Source: a virus
Length of the DNA: 64,000 bases
Direction: 5' to 3' (one strand)
IMG/VR virus record: IMGVR_UViG_3300008267_000011
Span: 1-64,000 of that record
In this document: positions 19,575 through 30,593 of the stretch, piece by piece
How the letters are laid out: each line of letters opens with the position of its first letter
Position numbering within the stretch: the stretch's first letter is position 1
Notes under the pieces: model-generated
What the model saw: only the letters and a program-made list of their open reading frames with translations
Told to the model about the DNA's origin: nothing
Database searches by the model: none
Program-made: the position numbers and the translations under genes

Positions 19575-21706
19575 TAAAGCAGTATGAAATAAGCACACAA
19601 AAGACGTTACTACGAGGTACGGACGAAGAAAACTTTCAACTCAAGCGAAAGCGTCAACAACTACCTATAATTATAGGTCAGCCAGTAGATAACGTTTTCC
19701 AGTTTAAGTATATAAAAAACAACATTCCCGGAAAGGTAACAGCGGTAAATAACGTAGTATCGTTGGTAGTTGGAATTGGTTTTACTATAAACGTATTAGC
19801 ATTAGATCCATCAAACACAGAGGATCCTACCGTTGTAAGTGATTTGAGGTACGTTTGGAAGTATAATGGAGGTGAGATCTTTGTAGCAAATAATGTGGGT
19901 AATGGTAAGGGAACGAGCTCGCTAAGATTTACAGACGAGCAATCCCGCGTAGGCTTGACTGGGGAGTATGTTTGTGAGGTTACAAATCAATACGGCACAA
20001 CAACAACAGCAGCATTTACACTAGAGATTGTGGATGCGACTAGATATCCCCTCTACTACAGAAACTTAATAACAAATGGATGTGGCGAAGCAGGTACAGA
20101 CGGTTGGACAGCTGATGATAAAATTACCGTAAGTGAGTTCAACCAAAACACCACATACTTCAACAACTTTGGCACAATTGAAAGATTAATAACGACAAAG
20201 GATGCGCAAGACAACTACATAGAAATACAACCAGCAGTGCCATTCAAATTCACAAAAGATGCAAACTGGGCGAATCTTGAGAGATATTTTCAAGATATAA
20301 ACTTTGCTAACGCAGATGGGGCATTTTTGTGGAAAAATCTGAAACCAAGTTTAATACAAAACGAGCATCCTTATGAGGAGTTTGCAAGTTTTTTTCCATC
20401 AATGAAGTATGTTGATGAGTATAACAAAAACGAAAACAAGAATGGGTTGCAAAGCGCTTTTAAAGTTTCTCCAACCTATTTTACTCGCGAAGCAATGGGA
20501 TTTGAAAAAGATGGAGAACCTCAAACAGTTCAACTAACGCAAACCATTGATTTATCCGATTACAAGAATCACATCGATGGTCGAGTTGTGGGAATAGATA
20601 ATATTGTCGGTAGGTTTTTTTGCTACATAGGCGCTGGTTTAGATAAGTATGAGTATGAGATTATTACATCGACAAACAACGAAGAGAATCAAGTACCAGC
20701 AGATCCAGATCTATTTAACTTAGCATACAATTCAATACCACCAGGATTAGGTTCATTCTTAGACCGATACGTACTAGCCAAGGAAGCGTACATTAATGCA
20801 GGAGGAACCTTTATCAGCAGCATAGTATCGGCAGTTGATGGACAAATTCCTCGATACAATACATTTGTAATGAGTGCAAAATCGTTGGAGCTGTTTGCAA
20901 ATGATCAATCGTTTCCTAAGTTAGTGGCATCAAATGTGACTCGAATCAACTTAATACCAAAGACACACAATACGGCAAACATAAAGATAACGGCTATAAG
21001 AGAGAATCAACCACCAGTAGAGTTGTCAAACCTACAAGGACCAAGCGAAAATGACCTATTTGCTACCAAAGAACTAGCTTTCCTATCGCACTATCTACAA
21101 CGATTATTTGCCAATACTGCAACCCTCTCACAAAAAACTCCAATATACTACCAAGATAAAAAAATATGCGAAGTAGGGCCTGGATCGGAACAAGCAAATG
21201 TAGACTATATCACAAGTAGAGTAGCTCAATACGATCAATCGTATTATGGACTGCAAAACACTCCTAAGGAAGTCTTATCGGATACAGGCGTACAAGCTTT
21301 CTTTGCAGTTGGAAGTGGTTTTAGCATACCTAAAGGTACAAGGAGTTTGCAAGTTAGTGTAACTATGAACCACAACTCTCGTGCATACTTTAACGCAAGT
21401 CCTCAAAACGGAGGAGCAGTCACATGGAACCAAGACACTCTGTACGCGGAGCATCTTGATGAAGTTAACGTAAATGGGGCCTTTTACAAAGCTAACAGTC
21501 CAAAAATCGCAGTAACCCAAATGAAGCTATCGCTATATGATAACGAATACGGCCGTATTGAAACACAACCGACGTTCTTTATACCAGAAAACAGCATTAT
21601 TTCAAATCGTCGTGAAACTCTACGTACTGTTAATTTAGATGATTCAATTCCCAACCAACCAAGTTACTTTATCACACCGGTACCGGACTCCTATTTTAAA
21701 AGCTAA
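19571..21706 (+). CDS. Paralogous Ig-like + FBA/CBM-like virion protein
   Basis: YVWKYNG..GEYVCEVTNQYG, then YRNLITNGCGEAGTDGW and QTIDLS. Confidence 0.7.
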   Translation: MIKQYEISTQKTLLRGTDEENFQLKRKRQQLPIIIGQPVDNVFQFKYIKNNIPGKVTAVNNVVSLVVGIGFTINVLALDPSNTEDPTVVSDLRYVWKYNGGEIFVANNVGNGKGTSSLRFTDEQSRVGLTGEYVCEVTNQYGTTTTAAFTLEIVDATRYPLYYRNLITNGCGEAGTDGWTADDKITVSEFNQNTTYFNNFGTIERLITTKDAQDNYIEIQPAVPFKFTKDANWANLERYFQDINFANADGAFLWKNLKPSLIQNEHPYEEFASFFPSMKYVDEYNKNENKNGLQSAFKVSPTYFTREAMGFEKDGEPQTVQLTQTIDLSDYKNHIDGRVVGIDNIVGRFFCYIGAGLDKYEYEIITSTNNEENQVPADPDLFNLAYNSIPPGLGSFLDRYVLAKEAYINAGGTFISSIVSAVDGQIPRYNTFVMSAKSLELFANDQSFPKLVASNVTRINLIPKTHNTANIKITAIRENQPPVELSNLQGPSENDLFATKELAFLSHYLQRLFANTATLSQKTPIYYQDKKICEVGPGSEQANVDYITSRVAQYDQSYYGLQNTPKEVLSDTGVQAFFAVGSGFSIPKGTRSLQVSVTMNHNSRAYFNASPQNGGAVTWNQDTLYAEHLDEVNVNGAFYKANSPKIAVTQMKLSLYDNEYGRIETQPTFFIPENSIISNRRETLRTVNLDDSIPNQPSYFITPVPDSYFKS

Positions 21707-21745
21707 TAAGTGGATTCAAGAAATATCTAGAAAGTAACTTAGCTA

Positions 21746-21752
21746 TATTTAT
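21746..21752 (+). promoter_or_regulatory. Putative late promoter TATTTAT
   Basis: 5 nt before ATG 21758. Confidence 0.7.
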
Positions 21753-21757
21753 ATTCA

Positions 21758-24700
21758 ATGGCAAAGAAACCGACTGATAAGCAAGTATCGTTTTTACAAG
21801 AAAAACCTAGCAAGGTTAGTACTACAATGGCAAAGCCTTTAGCATTGCCAAACCTAGTCGTATCACCACAGGGATATGGTACCTACAAACTAAAGCAACC
21901 GTTTGACTACCCAATAGACGATGTTGTACTGAATGTTTATGGTCGTAATGGGCAGTTGCTTGAAACCTTACCGACACCAAATGGACCTGCAATAGACTTT
22001 GCAGTAGAAAATGGTGCTATTGCAATTGATCTTGAGCAACAGCTAAAAAACTACAACTACCTAGCAGGAGAATTTACAGTAGAGCTAGTTGCAATTAGAA
22101 ATTACTTAGGAGCAGCTCAAGGAGCTAAATTGCAGATCCAAGAAATTTCAAACGATCGACAAGAAATTAGAGCTGTACCAGCACTAATCGACATAAATGC
22201 ACAAGGAAAGTCTGCAAACAGTGATGTAATATTTCAAGACTTCTTCTCAACTGGATTTTTTGAATTAGATAAGCTTAGCATACTACCAAACCTAAGAGTG
22301 TATTGGACGCAACAAGATTCGGTGAAGGTATTCGACTATATTCAAGATAAGTTTACAATCCAAGTAGCTCCGTATAGTATAATATTCAAGCTCATTGAGC
22401 CATTACCTAATGTCCTATCTGTGGACGACTTCATATGGGTAACTCAAAACATAAGCGAACCTATTACAGAAAATGTCATAGTAATACCGCAATCGGAGGT
22501 AAAACAGAGAAAGCGTATTGCTGGACCTAACTTTGATGTAAACGCTAAGAGATCGTTACAACAGTCAACTGGATACAAGAACTGGGATAGTATTCTTACT
22601 TACGCAAGTTCGAGCATAATCGATACAGCATATTCGCAATCTATGGTAGAGGGTATAGCTCTTAACGTGGATTACACGCGATTTGAAAACTTTGTTCACT
22701 TTGGAAGTGCTTACAATCGATTATTCAACTTCACAGAGAAAATTAAGAAGATTGAATACTACCAAAGTATAATTGACTCCGTCAGTACAGACCTAACTGG
22801 ATTAGCAAACAGCGACCTAACATCCAGCCTATACTACGTTACACAAAAACAGACGTATCGAGCTAAGATAGACACAATTAAAGGAGCGTTTGATGGATTT
22901 GAACGCTACCTGTACCACGAGTCGTCAAGCTACGTATCAAATAGTTTTGGTGAGTTTTTAGATATGGCTTGGCCAAAGTCTACCTCAACAAAACCTTACA
23001 CGCTTTATGGATCAAATACGGTTCAAGTAGAGAATTGGCTGACAGGCATTTATGAGTCGGCAAGTGTATACGATCAAAACAATCCACACAAATTATCATC
23101 GTTAGTGCCAAGTCACATCTTAGAGGATGAGTCCAACGAGACTGCGTTAGTTTTAGTGGATATGATAGGTCACTTTTTTGATGTGCAATATGGGTACGTC
23201 GATCACTTTACAAAGATATATAATCGAAACCAAAACTTAACAGAAGGCTTTGCAAAGGACTTAGTGTATCACGTAGCTCAAAGCTTGGGAGCGGATTTTG
23301 ATAATGGTCAATCATTCAACGACCTATGGACGTACACTCTAGGATTCAACTCATCAGGAAGCTACGACAACGAATTAAAACTATCAGCAGAAGATCGTAC
23401 TCGAGAGGTGTGGAAGCGTATTGTTAACAACCTTCCGTACTTAATGAGAACGAGAGGTACGGAGAGAGGATTAAGAGCGTTAATAAACTGCTTTGGTTTG
23501 CCATCTACGATTCTACGAATAAGAGAATTTGGAGGACCTGAACCTGACTTTGATACAAGTTCTACTTACAACCATGATAGGTTTTATTATGCATTAAACG
23601 TTGGAGCTGGTGATACGACTACATCGGGATCGTACATTGCAGTGCCTTGGCTATCAAGCGGATCTACAAATGCACCAGTGGGACTAGAACTGCGTTTCAA
23701 AGCCGCACCGTTTTCTGGCAGCGTTCGACGGTACAACTTAGCAGCATGGTATAGTGGTTCTGTAGGACCAGACTGGGACCCAGCAGGCACCTTTCAGAAT
23801 GCATATGGTACTAATCTAACTAATCCGTATGGTACACTAGACGTCGGTAGAGATAGTGGTGGTGACTTTGTTGAGTATATTGGAGGAACCGGCCAAGATT
23901 ACATAGTTACATCTCAATCATTAAAACTATACATACCAACATCATCAAATAGCCAAACGTTATTTGATGGAGATTGGATTACATTGTATTTGCGAAGAAC
24001 GGGAAGTGCGGTGTTAGGAGTGGGAGTGACTGGTAGTTATGAAATATATGCTGGTAAAAAGACATCCTATAGCGAAACACCACTAGTATATAGTGCTAGC
24101 GTACTTTACACAGGATCTTTTAGCGACACGCTTGGTACAGACGGATACCGTAATGCCCGCGCATTTGCCTACTGGGGTTATACCGGATCTCCAAATACTT
24201 TTAGATGGATGCTAATAGGTAGTTCCAGTACACCAGGAGGTTTTGGATCTCAAACAACAGCAAGCTTCAGTGGAAGTATTCAAGAAGTGAGGTTTTGGAA
24301 CCAGTTTGCTGTAGAAGGAACGGTACCATCAACTGGTTCAACGCTTATTCAACCTTTAGGGCTAAACCTAGAGCAAAGTCCTTTTTATGCCCATACACTA
24401 AACCCAACAACAATTGTAGGTGCAAACTACGCAAACCCAAACTGGACTGGTGCAACTAGTAGTTTTAACGATCTCAACTTTAGATTAAATCTAGGAACGG
24501 ATAATAAAAAAACAAATTTAGATACGACAAGATCGTCATCAAGTTATACGAGCTTTATTATATCGGCTAGTGGCATCATTACAGCCAATCAGTTTCTAAC
24601 AAACTACAACACGCCAATGCTGGTGAGTGGTGGATTCGCTACAGCATCTTGGAACACAGCATCAATGTCCCAATCGTCAAATATTGCCGATTACCCATCC

Positions 24701-27115
24701 GGATATGACTTGTACATTGTCAATATGTACAATTTTGGTTTAACTACCAACCAAATGAAATTAGCGCTAGACTTATTTGATGCAGGATACACAGTACATA
24801 CAATTGGAAACGATTCAACAATAGCAAATTTAACTGGATCTGGAGGAACAACTTGGCCGATCTTATCAGGATCAGCAGCCCCAGCCAATTCTTTTAGCTT
24901 TTCTGGTTCTAAGGCAACTGGAACTTACGGAGTTCCTTCAAATCACCCAATTGGATTTGGGTGGTCTAATTGGCCAGACAACGATAATGATAGTGGTAGA
25001 TGGATCGACAAGTTAAACACAAAACCAGGTCCTAATACCTTAGTATATCCATTAGCAGTATCAGGAGGGTTGCAACTAACAACAACCCCAGAAACAAATA
25101 CAACTGCGCACATGCTTGGGTTTTATGCAGTTAACGTAAAAACAGGCGGTAGGTGGGTACATACGCAAAATAGAGGATACCCGAGTCTATACTTTAGTTC
25201 ATCGGGAGTAATTCCAAATCAAATTATTAATTTCTTATTGAAGAGACCTGATTCGGAGTACATATCAGGATCGCAACCAAATCAAAATTCCAACTGGGCA
25301 GCCCCAACTGCTTTTATTGGGTTTAATGCAAACACAAGCTCGTATTGGACGCCAATAGCAGAATCAAACTATACGCCATGGCCAGATATTGCAGGAAATC
25401 GTCAAATTAGCAACAAGATAAGAGTAGATGAGACGTATTTGCCAAGCGACCAACTATACTGGAATGTAAAAACGGAAAAGGGATTGCAAGATTCTCAACC
25501 AACAGACAGTCCAAAATTAGGAGTTTATCTATCAACAGCCGATCAAGTAAATGAGGACATTGCTGAGCAATTTGGAGGCATCCACTTAGACGATTACATT
25601 GGAAGTTATGCTGATATCTACGAATCTTCTTACGACTCATTGGAAGATGTCCAACGTGAGTATTTTAAAAAGTATGGGTGGAGAGAGGGAGCAAGGTTCA
25701 ACTCACAAACCTATATCAGATTGTTAAGCAACTTTGACGGAGCTCTATTCAGCTTAGTAAAACAATTTGTACCTTACAGAGCAAACTTGCAAACTGGATT
25801 GGTAGTAGAACCTCACGTTTTGCACCGTCCAAAGATTGCAACCAAAAAGCCAACAATCGAAGACCTTTCTTACGAAAGTGCAATCAACATACCCGATCAG
25901 ACGCAGACACCGGGAGGAGAGGTGCAAGATGCTGCAGGAGGAGGACAAGCTAACTATGTTTGGGATGCGGAAATAGACCAACAATACGTTACACCAGTTG
26001 GCGATTATTTTTTACAAGCAGAAGGATCTGTAAGCACTGAAACTACTTTAACGGTAGGAGGTTTGCAAAACGAATTCAATAACAGTCAAGTAGGAGAGCA
26101 AAGGTCAACAGGAGGATCATTATATAGCACAGTACGTGCTGATGAGACGTCTTATGGACGACCAAAGATTGAAGGATCGCAATATGACTTCTACAATTGG
26201 TATAAGACTGGTTCTGGTGATCAAGATTGGACTTATAGCAGAGCTAATTCTAGAGATTACTGGGATCCAATTCAAACAACCGTTCTAGATAGTAGAAAGT
26301 CTGAGACTATGTTAATAGCGGACGCTGGCGTATCTTACAATGGAACGGATATCTACGCAAGTAAAGGAAATTTCTCAGATAACCCACCCAGCATATACAT
26401 ACTAGATAGTGGTTACGTCCAAGACGTTAATGAGGATCCGTCTACAGGCAACAGTATCGTAGGTACCTTAGGATTGAGGGTATTGACGACTTCTCAATCA
26501 ATATCAACTTACTCCAACGCCAATCATTACTGGAGATTGGATACAGGAAATACGCTAACCTACCGAATAGGAGCAACCAGCGCAGCGGTAATATCGACCG
26601 GATCTGCTTGGTTTAATGCCTTCACAACAAGAAACAATCAGGCGGATTACAGTACGGTTGCGTTTAGCTACAAAGCTACCACAGTAGTGCAAAGTGCAAC
26701 AATGTCTGTATGGTTTGGAACATCAGGATCGACGACAACCCCAGAACTAACGCGATCTTTTACAACAACAACAACTACCTCCATCCCTACGCAAACTATC
26801 GTAGGTCCACGAGCAAATTCAGACCTATATGTCGAAATTCGAGCCAGCGGAAGCTTTACTAATGGTGGATTTGCAATCGATGATCTAGTTGTCAAGCATT
26901 TTCAATACGCACCGGTACAAGATTACCACTGCGGCGACAATGCAGCCACTGGACAAAAGAACCAAAAGTACAACGGATCAAAATTAATAAGCACAGATTG
27001 GAATGAAGATAGTTCAGATACAATTGACGGAGGACCGGTGATATCTATTATAGAAGGACCATCTCCAGTGATAGCTGTTAATCCAAATACAAATGGAACC
27101 TTTACTTTTAGATAA
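21758..27115 (+). CDS. Large baseplate wedge protein (gp7/P2 gpI-like core with beta-rich domains)
   Basis: LVPSHI..MIGHFFD..WKRIVNNLPYLMRTRGTERGLRALINCFG; LamG-like FSGSIQEVRFW. Confidence 0.7.
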   Translation: MAKKPTDKQVSFLQEKPSKVSTTMAKPLALPNLVVSPQGYGTYKLKQPFDYPIDDVVLNVYGRNGQLLETLPTPNGPAIDFAVENGAIAIDLEQQLKNYNYLAGEFTVELVAIRNYLGAAQGAKLQIQEISNDRQEIRAVPALIDINAQGKSANSDVIFQDFFSTGFFELDKLSILPNLRVYWTQQDSVKVFDYIQDKFTIQVAPYSIIFKLIEPLPNVLSVDDFIWVTQNISEPITENVIVIPQSEVKQRKRIAGPNFDVNAKRSLQQSTGYKNWDSILTYASSSIIDTAYSQSMVEGIALNVDYTRFENFVHFGSAYNRLFNFTEKIKKIEYYQSIIDSVSTDLTGLANSDLTSSLYYVTQKQTYRAKIDTIKGAFDGFERYLYHESSSYVSNSFGEFLDMAWPKSTSTKPYTLYGSNTVQVENWLTGIYESASVYDQNNPHKLSSLVPSHILEDESNETALVLVDMIGHFFDVQYGYVDHFTKIYNRNQNLTEGFAKDLVYHVAQSLGADFDNGQSFNDLWTYTLGFNSSGSYDNELKLSAEDRTREVWKRIVNNLPYLMRTRGTERGLRALINCFGLPSTILRIREFGGPEPDFDTSSTYNHDRFYYALNVGAGDTTTSGSYIAVPWLSSGSTNAPVGLELRFKAAPFSGSVRRYNLAAWYSGSVGPDWDPAGTFQNAYGTNLTNPYGTLDVGRDSGGDFVEYIGGTGQDYIVTSQSLKLYIPTSSNSQTLFDGDWITLYLRRTGSAVLGVGVTGSYEIYAGKKTSYSETPLVYSASVLYTGSFSDTLGTDGYRNARAFAYWGYTGSPNTFRWMLIGSSSTPGGFGSQTTASFSGSIQEVRFWNQFAVEGTVPSTGSTLIQPLGLNLEQSPFYAHTLNPTTIVGANYANPNWTGATSSFNDLNFRLNLGTDNKKTNLDTTRSSSSYTSFIISASGIITANQFLTNYNTPMLVSGGFATASWNTASMSQSSNIADYPSGYDLYIVNMYNFGLTTNQMKLALDLFDAGYTVHTIGNDSTIANLTGSGGTTWPILSGSAAPANSFSFSGSKATGTYGVPSNHPIGFGWSNWPDNDNDSGRWIDKLNTKPGPNTLVYPLAVSGGLQLTTTPETNTTAHMLGFYAVNVKTGGRWVHTQNRGYPSLYFSSSGVIPNQIINFLLKRPDSEYISGSQPNQNSNWAAPTAFIGFNANTSSYWTPIAESNYTPWPDIAGNRQISNKIRVDETYLPSDQLYWNVKTEKGLQDSQPTDSPKLGVYLSTADQVNEDIAEQFGGIHLDDYIGSYADIYESSYDSLEDVQREYFKKYGWREGARFNSQTYIRLLSNFDGALFSLVKQFVPYRANLQTGLVVEPHVLHRPKIATKKPTIEDLSYESAINIPDQTQTPGGEVQDAAGGGQANYVWDAEIDQQYVTPVGDYFLQAEGSVSTETTLTVGGLQNEFNNSQVGEQRSTGGSLYSTVRADETSYGRPKIEGSQYDFYNWYKTGSGDQDWTYSRANSRDYWDPIQTTVLDSRKSETMLIADAGVSYNGTDIYASKGNFSDNPPSIYILDSGYVQDVNEDPSTGNSIVGTLGLRVLTTSQSISTYSNANHYWRLDTGNTLTYRIGATSAAVISTGSAWFNAFTTRNNQADYSTVAFSYKATTVVQSATMSVWFGTSGSTTTPELTRSFTTTTTTSIPTQTIVGPRANSDLYVEIRASGSFTNGGFAIDDLVVKHFQYAPVQDYHCGDNAATGQKNQKYNGSKLISTDWNEDSSDTIDGGPVISIIEGPSPVIAVNPNTNGTFTFR

Positions 27116-27121
27116 TTGACA

Positions 27122-27128
27122 TATTTAT
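27122..27128 (+). promoter_or_regulatory. Putative late promoter TATTTAT
   Basis: Intergenic, 19 nt before ATG 27148. Confidence 0.7.
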
Positions 27129-27147
27129 ACAAAACAACTAATACAAA

Positions 27148-27855
27148 ATGGGATATTTAGATAACTCAACAGTCACAGTAGATGCTATCCTGACTAACAA
27201 AGGAAGACAGATCCTTGCATCAGGAGGCCAGCTAAACATTACAAAGTTTGCTGTAGCAGATGACGAAATTGATTACGATTTGTGGAATCCATCACATACC
27301 TTAGGATCAAACTACTATGGAGCAGTGATTGAAGCTATGCCAATCGTAGAAGCACTACCAGACGAAACGCAACTAATGCGCTATAAGCTGGTAACCTTAC
27401 CAAAGGATGTAACAGGAATCCCAGCAGTGACAATTGGAAGAAACACAGTTTCTATTACATCAGCAAATCAAAGAGAAACAATCACACCTGCAGTGACGAA
27501 CTTTGCTGGAGGTAACTCAACCCTTGGATACACAGCAATTATCTCAGATGACACGGTAGCTACTTTGGAAGTAGTTGGTGGAACACCTGGAACAATGGCA
27601 CCAGGATCAGGAGCAGCAGTAAACAATGCACTTTCAGTAACAAACTTCTTAGATGATGAGGCTACAGGAATAACAACAGCTGGTAAGTCTATTACGCGAG
27701 TTGGCCAATCATTCGAGATTAAAGCAGCTTCTGGAACAACTGGCCAAGGTGCTAAATCTTGTTTGTTGACTTTAATTGGAAATGAAACTGGCGGATTTAA
27801 AACAGTTACTATTACAGTAAACGTACCATTGTTAGCTGACGTAGGACAAAGATAA
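27148..27855 (+). CDS. Baseplate/fibre-attachment protein (DUF3751-like N-half)
   Basis: AILTNKGRQILA..NITKFAVADD. Confidence 0.6.
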   Translation: MGYLDNSTVTVDAILTNKGRQILASGGQLNITKFAVADDEIDYDLWNPSHTLGSNYYGAVIEAMPIVEALPDETQLMRYKLVTLPKDVTGIPAVTIGRNTVSITSANQRETITPAVTNFAGGNSTLGYTAIISDDTVATLEVVGGTPGTMAPGSGAAVNNALSVTNFLDDEATGITTAGKSITRVGQSFEIKAASGTTGQGAKSCLLTLIGNETGGFKTVTITVNVPLLADVGQR

Positions 27856-27875
27856 TAAAGAGATAAAAGTACAAA

Positions 27876-28931
27876 ATGGCAAACATATATAAAAGCTTCG
27901 GAGCAGACGATATCGTAGTAGGAGATATCCAAACAGTGAGTCAACCACTATGGTCTGAAAACATTAACCCACTATCAGGAGGCTATGCCACTGGGGTTGG
28001 GTTTTTCACATCATCTACTCAAATCTCACAAAGTGGTAATTATTACACAAACGTGTACCACAAGAATCCTGCATCAGACACCAATGCGGCAATCCAATTT
28101 GCAATTGCATATGGAAATAGGGTAGGTAGCGGATCAGTAGGAGATACAAACACAGTAGGTCAGAACGTAAACGATACTCCAACAAGAGCCGTATACGGAC
28201 AGTATCGTAACCTATTACTTCCACCATCAGATACAGCCTTTACTATCAGTGGATCGACCCCTAACGATATCTTTGTAATAAACGTTGCTCGCTCTCGCTT
28301 CAAGCAAAAGCTAGATCCAGGTAACTGGACATTGCGTATTGGTAGTGGATCGGGTGGAACAGGATCAGCAGCATTGACAAGCTACCTCTCCTTCACCGAC
28401 AATAGTGGAGCAAATACAAATCCAGAAATTAACCAAGCAGGTCGTATATTCTACATCATGTCAGGTTCAGAAGGAACTACAGTAGGTACGACTGTATACG
28501 GACTCTTCTACCCAGATGCAGGCGTGTACGTGTTTAACGCAACTTTGTTGAGCTCGTCTTTAGGAATGGTGCCAGCTACACAATTCAACACAGGAAGTAA
28601 CTCCAACACCGTGAAAAACGCTGTATCATTATTTACTCGTATCAGCGCATCTAGCTACTACGCAGCTCGTAGCGAAGAAAAGATTACATCAACCCATTTC
28701 TTTGTTCGTGTGACAAATAAAGAGTTCAACTTTAGTAACAATCCAACGTTTGTAACAGGAAGTAATGGAGATTTCAAATACGCATCTATGCTAAGAAACC
28801 CAAGTGTGTATGTCACAACTATTGGAATGTATGATGATGCAAATCGCCTATTAGCTGTTGCTAAGCTAAGTCAACCGTTGTTGAAGACTTTTAATCGTGA
28901 GGCATTAGTTAAAGTAAAACTAGACTACTAA
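27876..28931 (+). CDS. Baseplate protein with DUF3751-like C-terminus
   Basis: YVTTIGMYDDANRLLAVAKLSQPLLK..VKLDY. Confidence 0.65.
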   Translation: MANIYKSFGADDIVVGDIQTVSQPLWSENINPLSGGYATGVGFFTSSTQISQSGNYYTNVYHKNPASDTNAAIQFAIAYGNRVGSGSVGDTNTVGQNVNDTPTRAVYGQYRNLLLPPSDTAFTISGSTPNDIFVINVARSRFKQKLDPGNWTLRIGSGSGGTGSAALTSYLSFTDNSGANTNPEINQAGRIFYIMSGSEGTTVGTTVYGLFYPDAGVYVFNATLLSSSLGMVPATQFNTGSNSNTVKNAVSLFTRISASSYYAARSEEKITSTHFFVRVTNKEFNFSNNPTFVTGSNGDFKYASMLRNPSVYVTTIGMYDDANRLLAVAKLSQPLLKTFNREALVKVKLDY

Positions 28932-28959
28932 CCCCTCTCTGAATAGCATTCTGAGACAG

Positions 28960-28987
28960 ACCCTCCAAATCTGGAGGGTTTCTTTTT
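28960..28987 (+). terminator. Intrinsic terminator
   Basis: ACCCTCCA-AATC-TGGAGGGT stem followed by TTCTTTTT. Confidence 0.85.
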
Positions 28988-28994
28988 ATCAACA

Positions 28995-29001
28995 TATTTA
29001 T
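28995..29001 (+). promoter_or_regulatory. Putative late promoter TATTTAT
   Basis: Directly after the terminator, 5 nt before ATG 29007. Confidence 0.75.
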
Positions 29002-29006
29002 ACACA

Positions 29007-30593
29007 ATGGCAGGAGTATTTAAAAGTTTAGATGCATCAGACGTAAGGATTACGCCCTTCAGAGCCTATAAAGCTTTTAGTGGAGCTGATTCATACACCA
29101 CATACAGCTTGCAACTATCAGCAACGCCTACAGAGTTGGGCAACGATGCTCTGGATTCAGATGCAACCTTATACACAACTAACGGAGTGTTAAAAGACTC
29201 TGCATGGCGATCAACCAATCATCTTTTTTACCAGAACTATTACGATAACACTAAAGCTAGTTTTGGACCATACAACTTTGTAAACCAACCTCGTTTATTA
29301 AGCAATATTGCGTACGTATTATCAATGCCTCAACGTTATATAGGAGAGGGTATAGCTCCAAATACATTAGAAGTTAGTATTGATGGAAATGTATACGTAA
29401 ACGACTTGTATAACAATCTAGTAAAGAGAGACGGTAGATGGTATGCAGGCGGAGAAGTAAGTGCAAGTAGTGTTGTATTTGCAACAAAGCCTTCGAGAGT
29501 TGCTAGAGAATACGATCAAACTGTAAACTACACCTTTGCATCTGCAAGCGCTTTATCGTACGCAACAGACCAGTACCCATCAGAAGTTCAAGTTGAAAAA
29601 TGCCAAGTTCAATATTCAAGTACCCAAGGTACTATGCTGAAGTTGCAGCAGTCGTCTAGTATTGTAATTAAACCAAATGCTGAGGAGTATAATAGAGCTT
29701 TCAATTTCATAGGTAGAGACTTCAGCATTGCAGCATCATTTGACGTGTCTAGTGTAACTGGCGATTGTGTTTTATTGCAAAAATACGAACCATCGAATAC
29801 TTGGCGAGTAACGGAGAATGGAGAAGTCGCAACGCAACCGTTACGTAACTACCCATACAAGCTAACCTATCGTCAAAGTGACGGATATCTTGTGTTTGAA
29901 AAAACAGATGGTTTTACCACCATGTCCTTTTCAAGTAGCGCAGCCTATAGTAGCAATGAAGTGTTTTTACTAGCACGATCAGGCTCAACTTTCTATCTTG
30001 GATCAGATCCAAGCAACTTAGCAACAGCCACAGACACCTTTGTAAGTGGAGGAGTTGACCAACATTGTGCAAATCCTTCACCAATTTATATTGGCAGTAG
30101 TTACACAAAAACTACAGCAAATTTGCTAGTTGGTAATGTGAGCTTTTTTGATGAGTGCTTGACTGACAATCAACTGAGGTCCTTACAAAGCAGTGTAGTG
30201 TTGAATAACCCATACGCAACTGTAGGCAATGTATTCCCGCAACATGGAATGGTGGTAATAACCAGCCCGACATTAGCAGCGACAGCAACTAGTGATGGAG
30301 TAGGTGATGTTCAGTATAGAGGAACAACAACAATATACGAAAACGAAATTAGCTGTACAATCTCTCCAGGTGAGTTTGGATTTAGTGGCAATCCAACTCT
30401 ACAAAAGTATAATCCAACTACAAATCAATATGAGCTTACTGATTTTGCAACAGGATCTGCGTTTAGACCTTACATATCACAAATAGGCTTGTATAATGAC
30501 AAGGGTAGCTTGGTTGTAGCAGGAAAGCTATCGCAACCAATACGGTTACCAAATAACGTAGATACTACAATAATAGTAAAATTTGACAGATAA
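29007..30593 (+). CDS. Baseplate protein, paralog of 27876-28931 with an inserted LamG-like domain
   Basis: Shared FKSL..D, EF.FS.NPT and IGLY.D...L..KLSQP blocks; extra beta-rich middle. Confidence 0.65.
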   Translation: MAGVFKSLDASDVRITPFRAYKAFSGADSYTTYSLQLSATPTELGNDALDSDATLYTTNGVLKDSAWRSTNHLFYQNYYDNTKASFGPYNFVNQPRLLSNIAYVLSMPQRYIGEGIAPNTLEVSIDGNVYVNDLYNNLVKRDGRWYAGGEVSASSVVFATKPSRVAREYDQTVNYTFASASALSYATDQYPSEVQVEKCQVQYSSTQGTMLKLQQSSSIVIKPNAEEYNRAFNFIGRDFSIAASFDVSSVTGDCVLLQKYEPSNTWRVTENGEVATQPLRNYPYKLTYRQSDGYLVFEKTDGFTTMSFSSSAAYSSNEVFLLARSGSTFYLGSDPSNLATATDTFVSGGVDQHCANPSPIYIGSSYTKTTANLLVGNVSFFDECLTDNQLRSLQSSVVLNNPYATVGNVFPQHGMVVITSPTLAATATSDGVGDVQYRGTTTIYENEISCTISPGEFGFSGNPTLQKYNPTTNQYELTDFATGSAFRPYISQIGLYNDKGSLVVAGKLSQPIRLPNNVDTTIIVKFDR

